A stretch of DNA of 64,000 nt, taken from positions 320,001-384,000 of the forward strand of contig CAVXLD010000003.1 of assembly GCA_963762565.1 (NCBI GenBank), given 5' to 3'. Source of the DNA: an uncultured Verrucomicrobiae bacterium (GTDB taxonomy: Bacteria; Verrucomicrobiota; Verrucomicrobiia; Chthoniobacterales; JAFAMB01). Made by a program: the position numbers and the translations under genes. The notes under the pieces were generated by a model. The model was given only the letters and a program-made list of their open reading frames with translations. It ran no database searches and was not told the DNA's origin. Below, in pieces: positions 30,671 to 40,660 of the stretch (its first letter is position 1; each line of letters starts with the position of its first letter).

Positions 30671-31540
30671 TCACCCCTGAAACCGCATTTCCGGTAATCC
30701 TTTAACGCCGGGCTGGAAGGCGAACAGGCTGCCCGCTTGCGGCTGGGCTAACCGCTCTTTCTCCGATAACCCTTTGGACGCTGAAGTGACGTAGATGGTA
30801 TCTAAGCCACGCCCTCCGAACATTGGGCAGCTCGGCTGTTGGACAGGCATTCTTACGGTTTGATCAAGACGGCCCTTCGGATCGTAACGTCTAACTTCCC
30901 ACGCGCCCCATACCGAGAGCCAAAAGCAACCTTCAATATCGACCGTCGCCCCGTCAGGGACGCCGTCGGTTGAAGGGAGCTCGACAAAAATGCGCCGGTT
31001 TGAAATCTGGCCCGAGTCGACCTCAAAATCCCACGCCCAGACCGTGCGTTGAGTGCTGTCGGAGTAATACAAAGTACGGCTGTCAGGGCTCCAGCAAAGT
31101 GAATTGGAGATCGTGATTTGGTCAACCAGCTGCTCGCAGTTGAGGTTCGTATCTAAGCGGAACAACCCGCCGCTGGCTTCCTCTTCCAGGTCGTCCATGC
31201 TACCCGCCCAAAACCGGCCCTGACGATCCACTTTTCCGTCGTTGAAACGGTTATGGCTTGGATGACCCGGCGGCAGAACTACCGGAGTAGCCTCGCTAGT
31301 GGTTAGATTGAAGAAATAAAGTCCTGATTGCAGCGCCATCACCAAACCGCCCTTTGCTCTAACCGCCAGTGAACCGACGACCTCAGGGGTTGACCACGTT
31401 TCATCCTGGCCGGTGGCGGGATCAAAGCGGTGGATTAGCCTTCCTTTGATATCCACCCAATAGAGACGTTGATCGGTTACATCCCAGTAAGGGCCTTCGC
31501 CCAATATCGCTTTAGCATCGCAGACGCAGGTAACTTGCAC
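30671..31540 (-). CDS. SMP-30/gluconolactonase family sugar lactonase
   Basis: LGEGPYW, RFNDGKVD...FWAGSM, SNSLCWSPD, PDGATVD. Confidence 0.92.
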   Translation of the reverse strand: MQVTCVCDAKAILGEGPYWDVTDQRLYWVDIKGRLIHRFDPATGQDETWSTPEVVGSLAVRAKGGLVMALQSGLYFFNLTTSEATPVVLPPGHPSHNRFNDGKVDRQGRFWAGSMDDLEEEASGGLFRLDTNLNCEQLVDQITISNSLCWSPDSRTLYYSDSTQRTVWAWDFEVDSGQISNRRIFVELPSTDGVPDGATVDIEGCFWLSVWGAWEVRRYDPKGRLDQTVRMPVQQPSCPMFGGRGLDTIYVTSASKGLSEKERLAQPQAGSLFAFQPGVKGLPEMRFQG

Positions 31541-31580
31541 GGGGGAAGCGTAATGAGGAGTTCGAGGAGTTCAAGGAGCT

Positions 31581-31790
31581 TGGAGGGGAGCCGCTTTGTA
31601 ATATGGCAGATCTGTAGGTTGTTAGCAGGCGGCTCCCGGGAATTACCTATAACGCCTTAGTTCTACGTGTGGGGCGAATCTTGATTCTGAATTTCGAGAC
31701 CTCAGGGCCAAGTCAAGGCGCTGGGTATTTCCCGGGAGCCGCCTGCTAACAAGCTATAGACCTGCCAACCTACAAAGCGGCTCCCCTCCA
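31581..31790. repeat. Four-armed REPIN-like element, copy D
   Basis: Arms as in copy A; interior related to copy F. Confidence 0.85.
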
Positions 31791-31799
31791 GACTCCTTG

Positions 31800-32495
31800 T
31801 CACGCCCCTCCTCCGATCTGGCGGGCGAACCGGTTATGCGAATTTCGCAAATGCTTTTGCATGGCTTCTCTAGCCAAATCCGGATTTCGGGATGCCAATG
31901 CGGTTACGACCAGCTTATGCTCTGCCAGAGCTTGTCTCCAGGTACGGGTGTTCTCAAAATGCTTCTGAAATTGAACTCCCATGGGAGAATGGCGAGCGTC
32001 GAAAAGCTCGGCCACAATCCGAACCAGGACGCCGTTTCCGGCAGTCTCCGCGATATAAAGATGGAAGGCGCGATCGGCCGGAAGATATGATCCCTGATTA
32101 TTCAGGTCAGGATCCATGGTTTCTAAGATGCTCTCCATTTCTCGTACCTGGGGGGCCCGGATGTGGCGAGCTGCCATGGCCGCGGTTTCACCCTCAATCG
32201 CCATCCGAGCCCGCATAATTTCTAACGGACCCTCGCTGGGGGCGTGGTAGGGGAAAGCGCGCTGCGGCTTGCAAACGAAAACACCAGAACCTGTCCGTAC
32301 TTCGACCAGGCCTTCTACCTCCAGCGCAATCAAGGCTTCTCGGACCGACGGTCGGGAAACTTTAAGCTGTTGAGCTAGTTCTCGTTCGGAAGGTAAGCGT
32401 GATCCGCTGGGGAATTCTCCATTTTCAATATGGGTCCGAATCTGGAGAGCAATCTCTTGATAGATGCGACGGGGAGATATGACGCGAAACGCCAT
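31800..32495 (-). CDS. GntR/FadR family transcriptional regulator
   Basis: RLPSERELAQQLKVSRPSVREAL wHTH plus FCD domain (DRAFH, EH). Confidence 0.93.
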   Translation of the reverse strand: MAFRVISPRRIYQEIALQIRTHIENGEFPSGSRLPSERELAQQLKVSRPSVREALIALEVEGLVEVRTGSGVFVCKPQRAFPYHAPSEGPLEIMRARMAIEGETAAMAARHIRAPQVREMESILETMDPDLNNQGSYLPADRAFHLYIAETAGNGVLVRIVAELFDARHSPMGVQFQKHFENTRTWRQALAEHKLVVTALASRNPDLAREAMQKHLRNSHNRFARQIGGGA

Positions 32496-32515
32496 TGGTA
32501 AGAGAGTAGCATAAA

Positions 32516-32782
32516 TGGAGGGGAGCCGCTTTATTGTGTGGCGCAAGACGAGGGGGCATTTAGCCGTATCACGTGTTGCGACTGGGAAAGGGGAGAACAG
32601 GCGGCTCCCGAGAATTACCCGGCGTGATGCATTGACCCAGTGTCTCCGCAGGATAGGCTAATAGAGCAGCAAAACGCTGGATCGTTCCCGGGAGCCGCCT
32701 GTTTATCGCCCGTTTCGGCCAGACATGCTATAGAGCAATTGCCGTCGGGTCTATCGCCACGCTACAAAGCGGCTCCCCTCCA
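32516..32782. repeat. Four-armed REPIN-like element, copy E
   Basis: Nearly identical to copy C. Confidence 0.85.
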
Positions 32783-32877
32783 GACGCGAATCGACCCATC
32801 ACCTCCTGGATTCTGGCTCCTGAACTCCTCGAACTCCTTGACTCCTCCTGTGTCTTCCAGTATCGGGGGGGGTCAAG

Positions 32878-32888
32878 TGGTAAGACCA
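32878..32888. promoter_or_regulatory. FadR-type operator TGGTAAGACCA upstream of uxaE
   Basis: TGGT-N3-ACCA palindrome; its reverse complement recurs at 36377. Confidence 0.7.
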
Positions 32889-32898
32889 ATTTTGTACC

Positions 32899-34146
32899 AT
32901 GTTGAGCATTGAACCCTATACTATCGGCATTGGCGATCGCTTCGCACACCAGGGCCGAGCTCAGCTCGAAGCGTTGGTTCGGGCCAGGGAGGTGGGGATC
33001 AACGTTTTTCCGGTTTGGAACAAGTCCCACCGCGAACACGTTTTAATCAAAACGAAACCGGCTGACGTGCGGGCAGAGGCGGACGCCGCCGTGAAGGCGC
33101 TGAATTGGACCGGCTCGTATTATGTGGATGCTGATCATATCAGCCTCAAAAATGTGGAAGGGTTTATTTCCGCTAGCAATTTTTTCACTATCGATGTAGC
33201 AGATTTCGCCGGCCAGACTGCCGGCCCTGACGCGGAAGAAAGTTTCGTTGAAGCGGCCCGGCGCTTTGGTAACACCTTCACTATCCCCGGCATCCAACGC
33301 CCATTCGAAATTGGTGAAGCCGGGTTGCGGGCTGCGGCTCGCAAGTTTCAACTTGCCATGCAGGAAGCGGGTCGCATTTACCGCGCAATTGCTGCTCAAA
33401 AAGGGGTGGATCATTTTGTTACCGAGATCTCGGTAGACGAAACGTCTACTGCCCAGACGCCGGTGGAGCTCCTGCTCATTTTAGCAATGATCCAAACCGA
33501 AGGGATTCCCGTGCAAACGATCGCTCCAAAATTCACCGGGCGGTTTAACAAGGGAATCGATTACCGCGGCGATCTCGCGCAGTTTGAGAAAGAATTTGAT
33601 GAGGATCTGTCCGTAATTGCTTTTGCCATCCCGGAGTTTGGTCTTCCGCCAACCTTGAAACTGAGCGTCCATTCTGGGAGCGACAAATTCGCGATTTACC
33701 CCATCATCAATCGCCTGATCAAAAGGAAGGACGCCCCTTTACATCTCAAGACAGCTGGCACTACCTGGTTAGAAGAATTGATCGGGCTAGCGGAAGCCGG
33801 AGTTGAGGGGCTGGAAATTGCGAAAGAAATCTATCGCCAGGCGTTCGCCAGGTTCGATGAGCTCAGTGCGCCCTATGCCCCGGTTATAGATATCGATAGA
33901 GCGCAATTACCTGATCCCGAAACCGTCTCGTCCTGGGATTCGAAAACCTATACGGAAACGCTCCGCCATGTGCAATCGTGCCCGAGTTACAATCCTAACT
34001 TTCGGCAGATGCTGCACATCGCCTTCAAAGTCGCGGCCGGAATGGGTGAACGGTTTCTTCAGGCGCTACAAGCAAACGAGGCGGTTATTGCCCGCAATGT
34101 GACGCAGAACCTGCTCGAACGGCATATTAAGCCAATCTTCGGCTAG
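32899..34146 (+). CDS. uxaE: Tagaturonate/fructuronate epimerase family protein
   Basis: GIGDRF, DADH, EISVDE, APKFTGRFNKGIDY, KLSVHSGSDKF, HLKTAGTTWLE. Confidence 0.88.
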   Translation: MLSIEPYTIGIGDRFAHQGRAQLEALVRAREVGINVFPVWNKSHREHVLIKTKPADVRAEADAAVKALNWTGSYYVDADHISLKNVEGFISASNFFTIDVADFAGQTAGPDAEESFVEAARRFGNTFTIPGIQRPFEIGEAGLRAAARKFQLAMQEAGRIYRAIAAQKGVDHFVTEISVDETSTAQTPVELLLILAMIQTEGIPVQTIAPKFTGRFNKGIDYRGDLAQFEKEFDEDLSVIAFAIPEFGLPPTLKLSVHSGSDKFAIYPIINRLIKRKDAPLHLKTAGTTWLEELIGLAEAGVEGLEIAKEIYRQAFARFDELSAPYAPVIDIDRAQLPDPETVSSWDSKTYTETLRHVQSCPSYNPNFRQMLHIAFKVAAGMGERFLQALQANEAVIARNVTQNLLERHIKPIFG

Positions 34147-34171
34147 CCGAAGTGCGCTTTGAGGTTAAGCC

Positions 34172-35164
34172 ATGGAATACCGCGAGCTGGGGAATACGGG
34201 ACTTGAGGTATCTGTTCTAGGTTTCGGAGCGTCTTCTTTAGGAGGTGTCTTCCATCCGGTCGATCCGGATGACTGTCTTAAGACGGTGCGAGCCGCTTTA
34301 GATGGCGGCATTAACTTCTTCGATGTCTCGCCCGCTTATGGTGAGACCCTGGCAGAAACGAACCTGGGGAAGGCGCTCAAAGGAATCGCCCGTGATCGCT
34401 ATTATCTGGCGACGAAGGTGGGTTCTTACAGTGAGGCGAGAGGGGACTATGATTATTCAGCTGCCCGCACGGAACGGAGCCTGCACCAAAGCTTGAGCAG
34501 GCTTGGTGTCGACTATGTGGATTTAGTTCAATGCCACGACATTGAGTTTGCTGATCGCAACCAAATTTTGGAGGAGACTCTTCCCACTCTGCGCCGCTTG
34601 AAAGAGGTAGGATTAGCTCGTTTTATTGGGATTACCGGTCTGCCGCTCCGGGTCTTCCCGAATGTTCTGGATAACGCGGGGGAAAACCAAGTGGATACGA
34701 TCCTTTCGTTTTGTCACTACGAATTGAATGACCACTCTTTGCTTGAGTTGCTGCCCTATCTGACGAAAAGGGGGGTCGGTGTGATCAACGCGTCTCCGAC
34801 CGGGATGGGGTTATTGACTCCACAAGGCGCTCCCGCCTGGCATCCGGCGAGCAAACTGATCATCGATGGCTGCCGAAAAGCGGTCGAATACTGCCAAACC
34901 CGGGGGATAGATATCGTGAAACTTGCTATCCAGTTCGCCTGCTCGCAGCCCGGCATCGCCACCACCCTCGTGAGCACCGCGCGCCCGAGCAATATCCGCG
35001 ACAACATTGCCTACGTCGAAGAACCGATAGATCAGAGTCGGCTTGCCGAGGTGCTGGACGTACTCAAGCCCATCCACAATTTCAACTTTACCCGCGGCCG
35101 GTCAGAGCATCGCGACTTGTTAGTAGGCCCCGCTAGCGATTCGCCCGGCTGGGCTGTTTCATGA
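34172..35164 (+). CDS. Aldo/keto reductase, L-galactose dehydrogenase-like
   Basis: LGFGASSLGGVF, FFDVSPAYG, ATKVG, QCHDIEF, GITGLPL, ILSFCHY, GVINASP. Confidence 0.8.
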   Translation: MEYRELGNTGLEVSVLGFGASSLGGVFHPVDPDDCLKTVRAALDGGINFFDVSPAYGETLAETNLGKALKGIARDRYYLATKVGSYSEARGDYDYSAARTERSLHQSLSRLGVDYVDLVQCHDIEFADRNQILEETLPTLRRLKEVGLARFIGITGLPLRVFPNVLDNAGENQVDTILSFCHYELNDHSLLELLPYLTKRGVGVINASPTGMGLLTPQGAPAWHPASKLIIDGCRKAVEYCQTRGIDIVKLAIQFACSQPGIATTLVSTARPSNIRDNIAYVEEPIDQSRLAEVLDVLKPIHNFNFTRGRSEHRDLLVGPASDSPGWAVS

Positions 35165-36187
35165 AAGCGATTCGTCTGGAAGCACCTGGCCGCTTCGCTC
35201 CGGTAACCCTTGACCCGGCTTCCACGCAGCTGCAACCCGACGAGGCCCTGGTTCGGGTTCACCGGATTGGCGTTTGTGGAACCGACATGCATGCTTTCAG
35301 GGGCGATCAGCCGTTTTTTAGTTATCCTCGAATCCTTGGTCATGAGCTCGGGGTCGAGGTATTGGAGTTGGGCGGACCTGCCGAAGGAATTCGACGCGGC
35401 CAGTTTTGCGCGGTTGAGCCTTACCTCAATTGCGGAACCTGCATTGCGTGCCGCCATGGGAAACCTAATTGCTGCGTTAAATTGCTAGTGCTTGGAGTTC
35501 ACGTCGACGGCGGGATGCGCGAAAGGTTGGTTCTGCCCAATCCGTAAACTCCATTTTTCCGAGAGCCTGGCCCTGGATCAGTTGGCGCTAGTCGAAACGC
35601 TGGCGATCGGTTGCCACGCGGTCGATCGGGCGGCTCTGGAAAGCAATGAATTTGTTTTGGTGATCGGCGCCGGGCCGATTGGGCTTGGGGTGGTGCAATT
35701 CGCTATCGAAGCCGGAGCCCAGGTCATCGTCTTGGATATTAGTCCACACCGTCTCGAGTTTTGCCGGAGCCGGCTTAACGTTCCCTACACGATCGATGCT
35801 TCCCGTGAAAATGTGCTGGCGGCGTTAGCAGAGATAACGTCAGGGGATTTACCCACTGCCGTTTTCGACGCCACCGGCAATGGACGATCGATGGCCAGCG
35901 CGTTTGAATATCCGGCGAACGGCGGTCGCCTGATTTTTGTGGGTCTGGTTCAAGGAGAAGTCGCTTTCAATGACCCTAATTTTCATCGCCGCGAGCTGAC
36001 GATTCTGGCTAGCAGAAACGCGCGTCCGGACGATTTTACCCGCATCATCACCCTGATCGAAGCGAATAGAATCGATACATCACCCTGGATCACGCACCGA
36101 GCTTTGCTCCCCGACGTGGTGACCGAATTCCCGCTCTGGACCAAGCCCGGTAGCGGGGTGGTGAAGGCGATGATCGAGGTGGTCTGA
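35161..36187 (+). pseudogene. Zn-dependent alcohol dehydrogenase (L-galactonate 5-dehydrogenase-like) with a +1 frameshift near 35539
   Basis: GVCGTD, GHE and Cys4 in ORF1; removing one A from CCCAATCCG gives LPIRKLH and joins ORF2 (GAGPIG, SRNA); may be a sequencing error. Confidence 0.8.
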
Positions 36188-36226
36188 AAATCTGAGACCC
36201 TGGCAAACCCGGCAGAAGATATTCAG

Positions 36227-36329
36227 AATGACAAATGACAAATGCCAGATGACAAATGACAGATGACAAAGGCTCCTCGAGGATTCTGATAACCGGCGAT
36301 CTGTCATCTGATATTTGTCATTTGTCATC
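36227..36329. repeat. Inverted heptamer arrays (AATGACA)6 ... (TGTCATT/C)4
   Basis: Direct inspection. Confidence 0.85.
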
Positions 36330-36376
36330 CTGGATCGCTGGCGAATCCTTGGACGGATTTGCCAGCGATCCAGGCC

Positions 36377-36407
36377 TGGTCTTACCAGTTAATTGGCCAG
36401 ACCAATT
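36377..36407. promoter_or_regulatory. Tandem FadR-type operators TGGTCTTACCA and AATTGGCCAGACCAATT upstream of the ABC operon
   Basis: First site is the exact reverse complement of the uxaE operator; second is a palindromic variant. Confidence 0.7.
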
Positions 36408-36614
36408 CTGTTGGATTCCGTGAACCCAGGATGGCAAACCCCCGAAATGCTTCCGTTTCCGCCTCGTCAACGTCTGGGTTTCGTTTTCTTCAGCCTACAC
36501 CCTTGTCTGTAGAAGCATTATCGCTTATTTAAAGAATCGTTCGGTATGGCAGACGCCGGCCCTGCCGGAGTAAATCCATAGTTACGGCGTTGTAATTAGC
36601 AAGCTCACCCCCAA

Positions 36615-37616
36615 ATGAAACTCTTCAGCTCGATTCTGAGCCGCCGGGCCTTAATTGGTCTCGCCGGCGCAATCTTCGCCGCTGGTGTGGCTCAACCGCC
36701 CACGGCTCTAGCTCAAAAACCGAAAATTCCTTGTATTGTAAAGGACACGACCTCGAATTATTGGCAGATTGTTTTTGCCGGTGCTCGCAAGGCGGCTAAG
36801 GACCTCAACGTCGATGTGCCTGAACTTGGAGCGCAATCCGAGTCTGACATTAACGGTCAGATTGGGATTCTTGAGAACGCTGTTTCTGAGCACCCGGCTG
36901 CGATCGTGATTGCCCCAACCCAGTTCCACGCTCTTGGAAAGCCGATCGAGGAAGCGGCTAAGCAGGTCAAGATCATCGGGATCGATTCGGCCGCGGACAC
37001 AAACGCGTTCGTTTCCTTCCTCCAGACCGATAACACACAGGCCGGCCGGGTCGCGGCGGACTCCTTGGCGGAGGCAATCAAACAAAAGTACGGTAAGGCC
37101 GAAGGCGACGTCGCGCTCATCACCTCGTTACCTGGCGTTGGTTCGTTGGACCAGCGGGCCAAGGGCTTCAAGGAAGAGCTGGCCAAGTATCCGGGTTTGA
37201 AACTGGTTGCCGACAAAGTCGCCGATGGTATGGCTACGACCGGGCTGAATATCACGACCGATCTGATCACGGCCAACCCAAATCTCCGCGGTATTTTTGC
37301 TTCCAATCTGATTATGGCGCAGGGAGCGGGCCAAGCCATTGCTGAGAACAAAGCTGCTGACAAGATCAAACTGATCGGTTTCGACTCCGACGATAAGCTG
37401 ATCGGATACTTGAAAGACGGGACGATTTACGCCTTGATCATCCAGGATCCATTCCGGATGGGCTATGACGGAGTCAAGACCGCTCTGGCGGCTTCGAAGG
37501 GAGAGAAAGTTCCGGCCACAGTGGATACGGGTGTAACGGCTATTACTAAGGCGAACATGGATACGCCGAAGTGCAAGCACCTGCTGGATCCTATTAAAAA
37601 CCCCTCGGAATCCTAA
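36615..37616 (+). CDS. Sugar ABC transporter substrate-binding protein (RbsB-like)
   Basis: Signal peptide with RR; YWQIV..GA, IGIDS, GFD, QDPFRMGY. Confidence 0.92.
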   Translation: MKLFSSILSRRALIGLAGAIFAAGVAQPPTALAQKPKIPCIVKDTTSNYWQIVFAGARKAAKDLNVDVPELGAQSESDINGQIGILENAVSEHPAAIVIAPTQFHALGKPIEEAAKQVKIIGIDSAADTNAFVSFLQTDNTQAGRVAADSLAEAIKQKYGKAEGDVALITSLPGVGSLDQRAKGFKEELAKYPGLKLVADKVADGMATTGLNITTDLITANPNLRGIFASNLIMAQGAGQAIAENKAADKIKLIGFDSDDKLIGYLKDGTIYALIIQDPFRMGYDGVKTALAASKGEKVPATVDTGVTAITKANMDTPKCKHLLDPIKNPSES

Positions 37617-37631
37617 GACGTTGCGACCTGG

Positions 37632-39191
37632 ATGACAGATCGGCCGTCGACAAATCCGGACGCCGAGGACGGAGATCAGAAAATTGGCGCGGCGAATGGA
37701 GCCGCGCCGATCCTGGTTCTGAAGGGCCTCGATAAACGATTCGGCGCTACCCATGCGCTGAAAACGGTCGACCTTGCTTTCGATCGCGGCGAGATTCACG
37801 CGATCGTCGGTGAAAACGGCGCGGGTAAATCCACCTTAATCAAACTCCTTACCGGCGTGTACCCGCGCACGGCCGGTGAGGTGGACTGGGAAGGGCGGCC
37901 CGTGGCTCTGGCGACTCCTCATGAGGCCATCAATCTAGGCATCAACGCGGTGCACCAAGAGGTTGTTCTTTGTCGTCATCTCACGGTGGCCGGCAACCTG
38001 TTTCTCGGCGACGAAAAAGAGCGGTTCGGACTTCTGCAGCACGGTGCGATGGTGCGAGAAGCCCAGCGGATCCTCAACGAACTCGGGTTCAAATTGCCGG
38101 CCGGCGCTCTGCTTTCCACCTTGACCATCGGCCAGCAGCAACTAGTCGCCGCCGCCCGCGCCACCATGCGTGGTACCAAATTTCTGATTTTCGATGAGCC
38201 AACCGCGTATCTGACTCGGCGCGAGGTCGGCCAGCTGTTTGCGTTGATCCGCCGGTTGAAAAAGCGCGGGGTTACCATCATCTACATTTCGCATCGTCTG
38301 GAAGAAGTGTTCCAGCTGGCAGACCGGGTCTCGATTCTGCGCGATGGCCAACTGGTATCCACCCGGCGGGTTGCCGAGACGAATGAACAAGCGCTCATCG
38401 CCGGCATGATCAATCGCTCGCTTGATCAAGTTCATTACAAAGAGACGATTCCGTTTGGCTCGGAGATCCTGCGGACGGAGCATTTGAGCGGCAAAGGATT
38501 TAAGGATGTTTCCATCCGTGTCCGGGCAGGTGAAGTGATCGGGCTTTACGGCCTGATTGGGGCCGGGCGCAGCGAGTTTGTGCAGAGTCTGTTTGGCCGG
38601 TTCCCAAAAACCGGCGGGCAGATTTTTTGGAAAGGTCAGCCGGTTGAGGTCCGCAAAGAAAAGAAGGCGATTGCGCTTGGTATCGCTCTGGTGCCAGAAA
38701 GCCGGCGAGACCAGGGGCTCTGTCTGAATCTTCCGGTCGCTCTCAATCTCAACCTGCCGATCTACAAGCGCCTGACCAAAGGACCGGTGATAAATCCGTT
38801 TGCAGAATCTGAAGCGGCTGATCGGCAAATCCGCAACGTGCAAATCAAAACCGCGTCGCGCAATTCCCTTGCGTCAAGTCTCTCCGGCGGTAACCAGCAG
38901 AAGATTGTGGTGGGTAAATGGCTCAACCATGGAGCGCAGTTGTTCATATTCGATGAGCCGACCACGGGAGTTGACGTAGGCACCAAGGCGGAGATTTACA
39001 AGCTCTTCGCCCAGCTACTGAAGGCGGGGGCGGGGATCATTCTGATTTCTTCCTACCTTCCAGAGGTCTATGACATTTGTGACACGCTACACGTGTTTCG
39101 CCGGGGCAGATTGGTGGCGACGCATGAGGCCGCGCACGTTAGCGAAAAAGTGTTGCATGAAACGATTTTGACTGAGGCAATAGGAACTTGA
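37632..39191 (+). CDS. Sugar ABC transporter ATP-binding protein (RbsA-like)
   Basis: GENGAGKST, DEPT twice, LSGGNQQK. Confidence 0.95.
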   Translation: MTDRPSTNPDAEDGDQKIGAANGAAPILVLKGLDKRFGATHALKTVDLAFDRGEIHAIVGENGAGKSTLIKLLTGVYPRTAGEVDWEGRPVALATPHEAINLGINAVHQEVVLCRHLTVAGNLFLGDEKERFGLLQHGAMVREAQRILNELGFKLPAGALLSTLTIGQQQLVAAARATMRGTKFLIFDEPTAYLTRREVGQLFALIRRLKKRGVTIIYISHRLEEVFQLADRVSILRDGQLVSTRRVAETNEQALIAGMINRSLDQVHYKETIPFGSEILRTEHLSGKGFKDVSIRVRAGEVIGLYGLIGAGRSEFVQSLFGRFPKTGGQIFWKGQPVEVRKEKKAIALGIALVPESRRDQGLCLNLPVALNLNLPIYKRLTKGPVINPFAESEAADRQIRNVQIKTASRNSLASSLSGGNQQKIVVGKWLNHGAQLFIFDEPTTGVDVGTKAEIYKLFAQLLKAGAGIILISSYLPEVYDICDTLHVFRRGRLVATHEAAHVSEKVLHETILTEAIGT

Positions 39192-39224
39192 ACGCATGGA
39201 GCATTTTTTAGAGAAAGAAAAGAA

Positions 39225-40235
39225 ATGAGTGTTGAGGCTTCCGAAGTGCTTGAGGTAGCGGCAACGAAACGCAGAGCGCGTCTCGGAATGTTATTCAACC
39301 TGACGCTGGTTATCCTTCTGGTGCTTTTGTGGGTAACGCTGGCGTTCACGACCAAAAACTTCTTTACTCATATCAATATCCCGAACCTCCTGCGCCAGGG
39401 CTCGATGATCGCGATCCTGGCGATGGGGGAAACGTTCGTCATCATTACCGCAGGTATCGATCTCTCGGTTGGCGCGGTGGCCGCTTTCTGCACCGTCATC
39501 ACGGCCTTGCTGTTTAAGCAGAGTTACCCAATTCCTGCAGTCGTCCTCATTGTCCTGGTTGTCGGTTTTATAATCGGCAGTTTCCACGCGTTCGGTATCA
39601 CTAAGCTCGGGTTGCCGCCCTTTATTATGACGTTGGCCACAATGACAGTCCTACGCGGTCTCGGACTGATCTTAACCGGCGGCAGCACGGTCTCCATCGA
39701 CAATACTGCATTTACAAGCTTCTCGTATGGCGACCTGGGCGCTATCTGGTTGCCGGGTCTGGGCTTCCTGCCGTTACCGAATCTTTTCTGGATGGTGTTG
39801 CTGGTAGGAATTCCAGCGTACGTATTCCTGCATCACAGCAGGTTCGGCCGGTACTTGTTTGCGGTTGGCTCGAATACAGAAGCGGCTCGGCTTTCCGGGG
39901 TCAATACCCGATTCATGATTTACCTCGCTTACATACTCTCTGCGATGACTGCAGCTTTTGTCGGCGTGCTGTTGGCGTCGCGTATCGGCATAGGGATGGC
40001 GACCCAGGCAGAGGGTTGGGAACTGCAGGCGATCGCCTCGTCTGTAATTGGCGGCACCAGTCTCTTTGGTGCCATTGGATCAGTCCATGGACCGCTGCTC
40101 GGCGCCTTCATCCTGGCCACGATCAATAATGGCTGCAATCTGCTGAACGTGAACTCCTATTGGCAACTGGTTATTACCGGTTTCCTGATCATCGTGATCG
40201 TCTACTTCGACGGGCTGCGGAGAAAAAGCGCCTAA
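39225..40235 (+). CDS. Sugar ABC transporter permease (RbsC-like)
   Basis: GIDLSVG, PPFIMTL, AVGSNTEAARLSG, IGGTSLFG. Confidence 0.95.
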   Translation: MSVEASEVLEVAATKRRARLGMLFNLTLVILLVLLWVTLAFTTKNFFTHINIPNLLRQGSMIAILAMGETFVIITAGIDLSVGAVAAFCTVITALLFKQSYPIPAVVLIVLVVGFIIGSFHAFGITKLGLPPFIMTLATMTVLRGLGLILTGGSTVSIDNTAFTSFSYGDLGAIWLPGLGFLPLPNLFWMVLLVGIPAYVFLHHSRFGRYLFAVGSNTEAARLSGVNTRFMIYLAYILSAMTAAFVGVLLASRIGIGMATQAEGWELQAIASSVIGGTSLFGAIGSVHGPLLGAFILATINNGCNLLNVNSYWQLVITGFLIIVIVYFDGLRRKSA

Positions 40236-40239
40236 TACG

Positions 40240-40385
40240 TTATAGGTTATAGGTTTTAAGTTTTAGGTCCTAAGCTGGACGTTCGAGGCCAGGACGGAAG
40301 AATCGCCAGGCAGCCATGCCAAGGGTTACAAGCCCAACCTAAAACTTAAAACCTATAACCTATAACCTATAGCCTAGAACCTAGA
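40240..40385. repeat. Inverted heptamer arrays (TTATAGG)n ... (CCTATAA)n
   Basis: Arms at about 40240-40268 and 40338-40385. Confidence 0.8.
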
Positions 40386-40386
40386 G

Positions 40387-40572
40387 TTACGGTTCTGGCA
40401 ACTTGGGGATCCGGCCGGCTGCCCTTTCCTGCTCTAGGAACAAGCGGATCTCGGAAGGCTCGATACCGGTATTCCTCAGGTATTGAATCGCTTTAACCAG
40501 ACCCTTTTCCGTGTGGATCTGGTGAAACCTTTCCCGCCAATCTTCATTTGCTTTAGCGGTAGCTTGGCGCAT
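40387..40572 (-). CDS. Small hypothetical protein
   Basis: Helical, protein-like composition; same strand as the upstream gene; family not recognised. Confidence 0.4.
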   Translation of the reverse strand: MRQATAKANEDWRERFHQIHTEKGLVKAIQYLRNTGIEPSEIRLFLEQERAAGRIPKLPEP

Positions 40573-40660
40573 CTCACTTAATCCACCATCTCTCGGGCGA
40601 GATTGCAAGGGTAAGCCTGCGGCGCTCCTCGGGCATTCGCCCGACCGCGGCGCAGGCTAT

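Noticed and set aside
36425..36480. c-di-GMP-I riboswitch (GGCAAACCCCCGAAA)
   Set aside because: The complementary strand of the stem and the second GCAAA hairpin are missing
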